A stretch of 53,614 nt of DNA from Blastocatellia bacterium (GTDB lineage Bacteria > Acidobacteriota > Blastocatellia > RBC074): assembly GCA_035280505.1 (NCBI GenBank), contig DATEFT010000166.1, positions 1 to 53,614 of the forward strand, given 5' to 3'. The position numbers and the translations under genes are program-made. Positions within the stretch are counted from its first letter, which is position 1; every line of letters begins with the position of its first letter. The notes under the pieces are model-generated. The model had not been told where the DNA came from. It saw only the letters and a program-made list of their open reading frames with translations, and did not search any database. Below are positions 37,925 to 45,507 of the stretch, one piece after another.

Positions 37925-38274
37925 AAGAACTCTAGTCAAGTTTATGCGTCAGGGAAAAAAATATCCGCAACCATGGTTTCCCTGGAGACCTGCCCAGAAT
38001 CTGGCAGAATCCTGCCGATCCGCCATCCCACCGAATGGCTCGCCATGGAGGATCATTAATTTGTGTGAGCGTCACTGGAGTTGTTATCGAAAACAGCCCC
38101 CGGTGGAGCCATCCTTCGAGTTTCGCAGCCGCCCATTATCCACTTATTGGTAGACTATTTCCACTCGGCGGGCGCGATCATGGTTCAAAATAGTGAGGCC
38201 GCCGGGAGTTGGCCGGCCGGGCCCGGGAAGGTCGGAACCCGGGCCCGGCCCGGATTCGTCGCCACCATGGAGGA

Positions 38275-39315
38275 TCAAGAGGCCCGGAAACGATCCTGCA
38301 GGATCGCCAGCGCGATTCGGACATGGGAGATAAAGAGCTCCGCCGAGAGCTGGTCGCTGTGCATCGGCATCAGTACCCGGTAAGGTTCCAGCTTACTCCA
38401 GGCGTGTAGAATCTGGGTGGGCAGTTCCGGCGTGATGTTAACGTAGAGCTCCAGTTGGCGCACGAACTCCTCGAGCGGAAGATAGAGCAAGCTCTCGAAG
38501 ATCTCCGCGTGACAGATCGTCAACACCTGCTCCATGGTCTCGGGGCCGAAGCGCCGGGCCAGCTCTTCGTGATAGTACCGCCCGCTGTTGTAGTCACGCG
38601 TCGACGAGATGTAGGTCAATCCCAGGAACTCACTGCGCGCCCCCGACAGCTCGCGGCGCTTGAACTCCTCGAGGGCCAGCTCAACCTCTACCTTCCGGAC
38701 CGGCCGGCGCCAGCCCTCGCCGGGAGGCCCCGCCTGCAGAACCTCGCTGGAGTAGGTCTCCTCGATCAGCGCCCGGTGTAACCGGGCCGCATCGAGCCCT
38801 CGCAGCCGGTCGCTGAACTCGCCCTCCATCCGCCATCCGATCCGCGCCAGCCACAGTCCGAGGCGGGAGAGGTAGTACGGACCGCAGACCGGAACCAGCG
38901 ACTGTAACAGGGCGGACGAGAGTCGAAAGAGCGCCAGGCATCCCGCCAGCTTCAGTTCGGAACCGGGCTTGAAACCGAAGTACGGCCGGAGAATCACGCG
39001 CTGCAGATCGGTCAATCGATCGATCTGCCGCCGCGACTGCCGCAGCCAGGAACGGATCAGGGCCTGGCGTTCGCGCTTGAAGAGCTGCCGGAGCGGCCTC
39101 GACGACTGCCGGCCGAGAAAGTCCCAGTCCATCCTCAGGAAGATTCTGGTTACCAGCTCCCTGGGCAATACCTTCAATTCAATCTGGACCGGCGCTTCCA
39201 GTGATCCGGAGGATCTCGGTTGATCACCGCTCACCTTCCTCACCGCAACTAGAAACGAACCCAACAACCAAATAGGAGCGCAAGCCAGCATGACTAGGAG
39301 GATCTCTACGACCAT
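38275..39315 (-). CDS. Hypothetical membrane protein, 346 aa (fused form of the 41149-41703 and 40610-41044 pair)
   Basis: N-terminal TM helix and a central hydrophobic hairpin. The C-terminal domain LGLTYISSTRDYNSGRYYHEELARRFGPETMEQVL... matches the 144-aa protein, and RIFLRMDWDFLGRQ...QLFKRERQALIRSWL matches the 184-aa protein. Confidence 0.75.
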   Translation of the reverse strand: MVVEILLVMLACAPIWLLGSFLVAVRKVSGDQPRSSGSLEAPVQIELKVLPRELVTRIFLRMDWDFLGRQSSRPLRQLFKRERQALIRSWLRQSRRQIDRLTDLQRVILRPYFGFKPGSELKLAGCLALFRLSSALLQSLVPVCGPYYLSRLGLWLARIGWRMEGEFSDRLRGLDAARLHRALIEETYSSEVLQAGPPGEGWRRPVRKVEVELALEEFKRRELSGARSEFLGLTYISSTRDYNSGRYYHEELARRFGPETMEQVLTICHAEIFESLLYLPLEEFVRQLELYVNITPELPTQILHAWSKLEPYRVLMPMHSDQLSAELFISHVRIALAILQDRFRAS

Positions 39316-40150
39316 TCCTGCCCCCCACTACCCGTTGGTATCAGATATGTTCAGTAACTCGCACAGCGATCCCACCTGACCCCTGGGCAAGCCACACCTC
39401 TACCCACATTTTATTCGGTTGACCTCTAGTCGCTCTCGCCCTGCAATTCCATGACCCGGCATGGATGAACGCCCCGGAACCTCGCCCCACGCCCATACCG
39501 CATCACGTAAACAACTGATTTTCATCATCTTTGAGCAGATGGTCTGAGAGAAAAAATGAGGGATCTGCTCACTCGGTTGGGCCTCATCTTACACCAATCG
39601 AGGCGGATTTGTTAGTAAAAAAGGTATTCCCCTTCAACCGCGATAACTCGAATAGCAGATTGTGTATGGCTCCGATGCATCCGAATACCTCTCTTATTTA
39701 GAACCTCTTCTGCACCGAGCTTTGTACGTGGTCTCGGAAGGAGAGGTATCGGAGGTTTCGGTTATCCGAAATTGGGAATCGATTCTAGGCCGGGTTGACA
39801 GGCTCCACGACTGAGGCCCCGATTCAAGGCCGGAGCCACAACTTATAACATTTAGCTCATGATTCAACTATAAATAACAATACAAATATATGACAATCAA
39901 GGTGACAACCTAAGCCGACATTTGTTATCTTATCAAAAAGGCAATTCAATAAAGCAAGACGTTACAAATTGACATCGGTATCACCTACATATGGTTGGCG
40001 AGGTCTCACCAGTCGAACGATGAACGTCGCCGTGATGATCAAAATAATCGGACTCACGGCGCTAGCATCTGTCAGAATGATAAGGCTCTTAAATAAGAGC
40101 AGCTTTAGGTATGGTGCCGTTTTATGTCACCTATCAGGAGGAATAACCTG

Positions 40151-40435
40151 ATGGGAAGAACCTCTCGCTTAAGACCTAAAAGACTGGCGGAGAAACTACT
40201 GAAGATTCGCCAGGCCTTGGGTCTCTCACAAGGGCGCCTGATCGATCATCTGCAGTTAAACGAGGTGATCTATCCCGGCTACATCTCCGACTACGAAAAC
40301 GAGAAACGTGAACCATCGTTACAGGTGCTGCTGGCCTATGCGCGGGCGGCGGGGATCTGTTTGGACCTGCTGGCGGACGACGAGTTGGATCTTCCGGAGC
40401 AGTTGCCGAGCGTGCCGACCCATCAAGGTAGGTAG
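40151..40435 (+). CDS. XRE-family helix-turn-helix transcriptional regulator (94 aa)
   Basis: LLKIRQALGLSQGRLIDHL......YISDYENEKREPSLQVLLAYARA is a Cro/C1-type HTH. AGGAGGAA lies 7 nt before the ATG. The maximal ORF starts at 40124. Confidence 0.8.
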   Translation: MGRTSRLRPKRLAEKLLKIRQALGLSQGRLIDHLQLNEVIYPGYISDYENEKREPSLQVLLAYARAAGICLDLLADDELDLPEQLPSVPTHQGR

Positions 40436-40497
40436 CAGACCGGAAGCGAGCGCGCGGGTTGCAGGCGGGTTCGAGGACGGTGGAGAGCGGAAAGAGG

Positions 40498-40556
40498 AAC
40501 CGCGTCAGGAGTCAACTGGCCTTACTAGAGGCTGTACCCCTGACGCGGTTTTTTGC
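40498..40556. terminator. Intrinsic terminator between the convergent XRE gene and the sigma-operon end
   Basis: 12-bp perfect stem AACCGCGTCAGG / CCTGACGCGGTT, followed by TTTTGCG on the plus strand. Confidence 0.6.
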
Positions 40557-40609
40557 GAACCGCGGTAGTTCGCTGATGGCTGAGGCGATCAAAATCCATT
40601 CGATAATCT

Positions 40610-41044
40610 TCAGCCTCCTTCACAGATCACGGCCGCCGCCTGGCGGGCATGCAGGACGGCCAGGGCGACCTTGATATTTGAGAAGAAGAGCTCGGCGGTC
40701 AGCGGCTCGCAGTCGCCCGGCGGCAGCACGCGGTAGGGAGCGAGTTGATCCCAGAGGCGTGAGGCTTCGGTCCAGGGCGACATGGCGGAGCAGAGATAGC
40801 TCTCCAGTTGCTCGACGACCTCCGTCAGAGGGCTGAGCGCCAATCGTTCAAAGACTTCGCGGTGGCAGGCGGCCAGCGCCTGGTCTACCATCTCGTCCGA
40901 GTAGTGATAGGCCAGGAAGTCATGGTGGTACCGGCTGGCACGATAGTCCCGGGTCGAGGCCAGGTAGACCAGCCGGGCGATATCCTCGCGAATAACTTGC
41001 AGGAACACCTGTTCGATCTCTTGAATCACCATTGCTAATTCCAT
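40610..41044 (-). CDS. Hypothetical soluble protein, 144 aa (C-terminal-half homolog of the 346-aa protein)
   Basis: AAGGAG lies ~8 nt before ATG (MELAMVIQEIEQ...). LVYLASTRDYRASRYHHDFLAYHYSDEMVDQAL aligns to the 346-aa protein. The maximal ORF reaches 41194. Confidence 0.7.
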   Translation of the reverse strand: MELAMVIQEIEQVFLQVIREDIARLVYLASTRDYRASRYHHDFLAYHYSDEMVDQALAACHREVFERLALSPLTEVVEQLESYLCSAMSPWTEASRLWDQLAPYRVLPPGDCEPLTAELFFSNIKVALAVLHARQAAAVICEGG

Positions 41045-41148
41045 GTTCCTAGCTCCTTCGCTGCCGCAGGCCTCGCATGAAATTACCGGCGTCTTCGATC
41101 CATAGCTTCCCACAGCGCGCCCCCGCGCCGTGCCCTGCGCGGCGTCGA

Positions 41149-41703
41149 TCATCGATGGAGTCGAACGACCGGCGCGGGCAGTTCTTGAGAGCAACGTTTC
41201 AGAATGGTCACCACCCAGGAGGCCAGATGGTCGGCGTAGACCGGGTTACCCCATCGAATCATCACAAACAAGATGGCACACAGACTCAAGAAGAGGGGGT
41301 AATAGGTAACAACCTTGAAACCGGCCGTCATGCGGGGATGATGATCGCGTGGGGATTCGATCAGGTGCCGGTAGGCCACCCAGGTCGCGTGCTGGCGAAC
41401 ATGAAACAACCATTGAAACGCCAGCGACCGGCGTTCCCGAATAAATAACTGTTGAACCGAGGTGGTCTCCTGCTCGACTACCGCCCAGTCCGCTCGATTG
41501 AAGATTCTTCGGGCCAACTCACGCCAAGGATCCACGGAGCGGAGGGTGCTCAAGTCATAACCTGATGATGTGGTATCTCTTCTGCCCATGCTGAAACCGT
41601 GCCGGATCGAGGTGGCCGGCACCCCTTCGATCCCGGGAGCGCACTCTACCGACGTGTTAGGGCTGTGCAGAAAACGTCTGTCACTCGCTGGGCGTTTGGC
41701 CAC
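41149..41703 (-). CDS. Hypothetical membrane protein (N-terminal-half homolog of the 346-aa protein); start uncertain
   Basis: ARRIFNRADWAVVEQETTSVQQLFIRERRSLAFQWLFHVRQ plus a hydrophobic hairpin, FKVVTYYPLFLSLCAILFVMI. No clear RBS at either candidate start. Confidence 0.6.
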   Translation of the reverse strand: MAKRPASDRRFLHSPNTSVECAPGIEGVPATSIRHGFSMGRRDTTSSGYDLSTLRSVDPWRELARRIFNRADWAVVEQETTSVQQLFIRERRSLAFQWLFHVRQHATWVAYRHLIESPRDHHPRMTAGFKVVTYYPLFLSLCAILFVMIRWGNPVYADHLASWVVTILKRCSQELPAPVVRLHR

Positions 41704-41949
41704 AGACTAGCACGTCGGAAGAGTACGCTCTCAGGAAGAGTTCAGGGGAATAGATCGGATCCTCTAGAGATCCCCAAACAACGCTCGACCCTCCGCAAGC
41801 CTCTGGCTCGCGGCTCGGGCGGCCACCGATACGGCGGTTCGGTCAAAGACGGGACAAAACAGAGATGGATCGTGGGGGCAAAACCTAGGCGAACCTGCTG
41901 CAAATTCTTCTTTACGCATACCTTTGATCTGGTTGAAATCATGCCTACA

Positions 41950-42657
41950 TCAGAGCATCCGATGCGAGATCTGGCCGTTGATAATCGTCGCCCCTGGCCC
42001 GACGCCCCCAACTCCGGCGGCGCGCCTCGGCGATCTTTGGTATCGGTACATCAACCCTTCTTGTCGATAACTCCGGACCCGGCCGGCGGGATGGCCCCAC
42101 CCCTTCGGCCCTTCGTTCGGCCATAGATCCGAGTGGGCCGAGCGGGCCGTTTCGCCGGTCATCCACAACTGAAGCCCGGGCGAGCTACCAGGAAAATAAC
42201 CCAGGTGGACCAGGAGGCGTTCGGGCGAGTCCGGCGAAGGCCCGTGCCACCAGGCCGAGCAACTGAGCAGTCCGCCCAGCATGAAGATCCCCAGGATCAC
42301 GGCGGAGGGCAGCGGAACCCAGTTCCCCTCCTGGCCCTGGCTGGAGACTCGCTCCGGCATTCGACCGGGTTGTTCTTCTCGCTCCGCCAACTGGCGAGCG
42401 CGCGCCGCAGCTTCCCGACCCAGCGGGAGGAAGGCCTCCCAATCGCGTGACTCATCTTCAATCTCGAGGGCGACTTTCAGATTGATCAAAACCGTGAGCT
42501 GGGCTCGACACGTGACGCATTCCAGGCAATGCACTTCAATCGCCTTCTTCTCAGCCGGTGAACAGGCTCCTGCCGTGTAATTGATCAGCGTCTGCCCATC
42601 TTGATGAATATTCCGATCGTCTTGCTCCATTACCACCTTGCCCATTTCTAATACCAA
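41950..42657 (-). CDS. zf-HC2 anti-sigma factor, single TM helix (235 aa maximal ORF)
   Basis: INYTAGACSPAEKKAIEVHCLECVTCRAQL shows H-x3-C-x2-C. TM segment LPSAVILGIFMLGGLLSCSAWW. It lies downstream of the ECF sigma on the same strand. Confidence 0.8.
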   Translation of the reverse strand: MVLEMGKVVMEQDDRNIHQDGQTLINYTAGACSPAEKKAIEVHCLECVTCRAQLTVLINLKVALEIEDESRDWEAFLPLGREAAARARQLAEREEQPGRMPERVSSQGQEGNWVPLPSAVILGIFMLGGLLSCSAWWHGPSPDSPERLLVHLGYFPGSSPGLQLWMTGETARSAHSDLWPNEGPKGWGHPAGRVRSYRQEGLMYRYQRSPRRAAGVGGVGPGATIINGQISHRML

Positions 42658-43030
42658 TCCGCCCTGCTTCTATACAGAACCTGGCTCCAATCCTCTAGCA
42701 AACTCCTAAATAGAGTTTGCCTTTATTCACTCTATAAGGACGCAAAACGAAGTTGAATTTGCCTACTCCGGGAATATTTTTATTCTTAATCAAGTAGTTA
42801 TGGATCGGTGGAGTTCAACGTCGGAATAATTGACAGCAGGCGCCTAATCTCCCTATCTACTGATCAGGGAAGACGTAAGGGATGGAGTCTCGGCCGCTGA
42901 AATTCCACTCGACTTCGAGTCTTAGTTAATTATTACTCTTTTTCGGTATTGCTAATCGATGAGAAGAGGAGCTGGAGGTAAGAACCACGGCGGACTGTCG
43001 GTTCAACAGCCCGGCAGCCCGGGAGCGGTC

Positions 43031-43681
43031 TCAGTTTCTGATCGAGACGAATTCCCGGAGCTTATTACGCATCCGCTCCAGGGCATGGGCAATGCTGGTC
43101 GGTTTGAGATCGCAGATATTGGCTCGGGCGATCTCTCGCGGAGTGAGCCCTTCACGAAAATGGAGCATAAAAAGCAGGATGTCGCGTTCGCTGTTCTTCC
43201 CGGTGAAGGTCCGACGCAGAAGTTTGATCAGTTCGCGTTCGGCCAGCTCTTCCGTGTAAGGGTTGGGCATATCGATTCGCCACTCACGCGCCTCCTCCGA
43301 TGAACGTGAGTCCTCGATCGACTCGACGCGGACGTGACGTTTAAGGGAATGTTGGCGGCGAAGGTAGTCGAGAGTCACGCTGATCGCAATATGCATCAGG
43401 TAGACTTCGGCTTCGATCTCGGCTTCTCCACGGAAGGTACGGAGCGAGGAACATTTGTTCTTGAGAATCTTAACGTAGGTGTCCTGCAGAAGTTCCGCGA
43501 CGATCCATTGTGGCGGTTGCGCCTCGCCGCTGAAACGGCGATAGGTATAATAGACACAACGCGTCAGGCTTCGGTTATAACGTCGGACAAACTCCTCCCA
43601 GTATTGGCCATCTTCAAAACAGGATGCACATAACTCGAAGAGTCGTATGCTGGGGAGGGCTTCTAACTCAGCTTGTTTCAT
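43031..43681 (-). CDS. ECF-type sigma-70 family sigma factor (paralog of 17898-18536)
   Basis: 216 aa. MKQAELEALPSIRLFELCASCFEDGQYWEEFVRRYN...ELLQDTYVKILKN...LTPREIARANICDLKPTSIAHALERMRNKL is colinear with the other sigma. Confidence 0.85.
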   Translation of the reverse strand: MKQAELEALPSIRLFELCASCFEDGQYWEEFVRRYNRSLTRCVYYTYRRFSGEAQPPQWIVAELLQDTYVKILKNKCSSLRTFRGEAEIEAEVYLMHIAISVTLDYLRRQHSLKRHVRVESIEDSRSSEEAREWRIDMPNPYTEELAERELIKLLRRTFTGKNSERDILLFMLHFREGLTPREIARANICDLKPTSIAHALERMRNKLREFVSIRN

Positions 43682-43983
43682 GCTCTATCTGATCCGATAA
43701 GTCATCTCATCGATGATGAGGCTCAAATGAGAATGCAGAACTTCCACGTGCGATGCGTATTCCGCGCCTATACTATCCACATAATATTCATCGGAGTGCA
43801 ACAAATCAAGCGATGTTTGTGAGGTCGACAGATTGGCCGCACCTCGAGTCACATTTTTACCCGGAGTCGACTCGCCGCACCTCCGCTCCGTCAAATTTGT
43901 CGTCCTTTCCGTGGATCGATTAGAACCACGGCCCGAAACTAAAGAGAATTTTGACGAAGAGTTGAAGAGTCCTCAGGCGCGGC

Positions 43984-45204
43984 TTACGCGACGGCCGGCG
44001 CGGCGAAAGCGGGAGCCGCGACCAGCACGGCGGCGCCGCGGAGTCTGGGATAATCATCGAGCGGGACAGTCCGGATCTCGGTCGCCGCGGCATCCGGCGA
44101 GAGGGCGCGTTCAGCCAGCGCCGCCCGCACGGAGGACTCGATCAAGTCCCAGGCGGCGACGATCTCGCCGCCGATATAGATGCGTGTCGGGTCGACCGCA
44201 TTGATCACCGAGGACAATCCCAACCCGAGGTACCTGGCCGTGGACTGGAGGGCGGAGACCGCGACGGCATCCCCCGTCCGCGCCCGGACGATCAGATCTT
44301 CGATCGTGAAGCTCGCAATCTCCTCCGAGATGGTGCGGGGCTCCCGCAGGTCCCGGCCAAAGTAACGTGAGAGGGTCGCCAGGTTGGAGATGTATGCCTC
44401 CCAACAACCGGTCGCGCCGCACGAGCATCGCGGCCCGTCGATGCTCAACGGGACATGGCCGAACTCGCCGGCGATATTGTACCGGCCGCGCAGGACCTCT
44501 CCGTTGACGATCACCCCCACGCCGACGCCGTCCGAAATACTGACGAAGACCAGGTCGCCGATCGCCGCCCCGTCTCCGCGGGTGGCCCACATCTGGGCCA
44601 GCGCGCAGGCTTTGCCCGAATTCTCGACATAGACCGGCAACCCCGTGGCGGCCGCCAGCGATTCCCGGATCTCCACATCATGCCAACCCAGCGTCGGGGC
44701 ATTGATAATCCGGCGCGTATGGCGATCGACCATCCCCGGCACCACCACCCCGATCCCCTCACACTCGCCGAACTCCTCGTGATCGGCCAGGACCTGCCGG
44801 ACCCTCCGGTTCAAGGCCGAGACCAGTTCCTGGGGCTCGCGCTCGGTCGGGAAATTACTGGTGGTCACCAGTTGCCGCCCGATCAGATCGCTCACCTGCA
44901 GATAGGTCCGGGTCACCCGGATATCCACGGCCACCACACATCGCTGACGCGTATCGATATAGAGAAAGGTCGGTTTCCGCCCCCTCTGACTCTCGCCGGT
45001 GGCCCCCTCGAAGATCAAGCCCTCGTCCAGCAGATCGTTCACGATCAAACTGACCGCGCCGCGGTGCAAGCCCATGATCCGCGCCAGATCGGCGCGTGAT
45101 ATCGGCTGATGGGCTCGAACCAGATTGAGGGCGATCTGGCGATTGATCTCTCGCGAGGTGCTACGGGTAGCGATCCGGAAATTATCTGGGTTGATTTTAC
45201 GCAT
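43984..45204 (-). CDS. ROK-family transcriptional regulator (NagC/Mlc type)
   Basis: N-terminal wHTH (NRQIALNLVRAHQPISRADLARIMGLHRGAVSLIVNDLLDEGLI) followed by a ROK sugar-kinase fold with CSCGATGCWEAY. Confidence 0.9.
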   Translation of the reverse strand: MRKINPDNFRIATRSTSREINRQIALNLVRAHQPISRADLARIMGLHRGAVSLIVNDLLDEGLIFEGATGESQRGRKPTFLYIDTRQRCVVAVDIRVTRTYLQVSDLIGRQLVTTSNFPTEREPQELVSALNRRVRQVLADHEEFGECEGIGVVVPGMVDRHTRRIINAPTLGWHDVEIRESLAAATGLPVYVENSGKACALAQMWATRGDGAAIGDLVFVSISDGVGVGVIVNGEVLRGRYNIAGEFGHVPLSIDGPRCSCGATGCWEAYISNLATLSRYFGRDLREPRTISEEIASFTIEDLIVRARTGDAVAVSALQSTARYLGLGLSSVINAVDPTRIYIGGEIVAAWDLIESSVRAALAERALSPDAAATEIRTVPLDDYPRLRGAAVLVAAPAFAAPAVA

Positions 45205-45426
45205 ATATTATACTTCGTCTCATTATAAGACTAATCACGCCCCCACAACAAAAGCTCAAGCATTTTTAATACTCCAAGTCCAATCGCAGTCACCTCGATC
45301 TTTTTTGCCAGGTGAAAATAATACCGCAGATGGGCGACCTGAAACAAAACGCGGGGGGATTTCAAAATCTTCCGGAGCGAGGTGTGAGAAGATCGATAGG
45401 ATCTGCGCAGATGGGCTGAAAGTTTA

Positions 45427-45489
45427 ACCGCGAAATGCGCAAAATACGCTCAATCGAGCGGCTTTCGCAGATCTTGCGCATTTCGCGGT
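45427..45489. repeat. REP-like palindromic element, copy 2 (ACCGCGAAATGCGCAA...TTGCGCATTTCGCGGT)
   Basis: 16-bp perfect arms and a 31-nt loop containing CTTTCGC, as in copy 1. It lies just after the NB-ARC gene stop. Confidence 0.65.
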
Positions 45490-45507
45490 CTGTAGATCAA
45501 GTTACGT

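Noticed and set aside
41044-41194. A frameshifted pseudogene explaining the split 184-aa / 194-aa ORFs
   Set aside because: The downstream half has its own AAGGAG RBS and an ATG at 41044, leaving a ~100-nt gap to the upstream gene. A genuine two-gene arrangement is therefore more likely. A sequencing frameshift cannot be excluded without reads.
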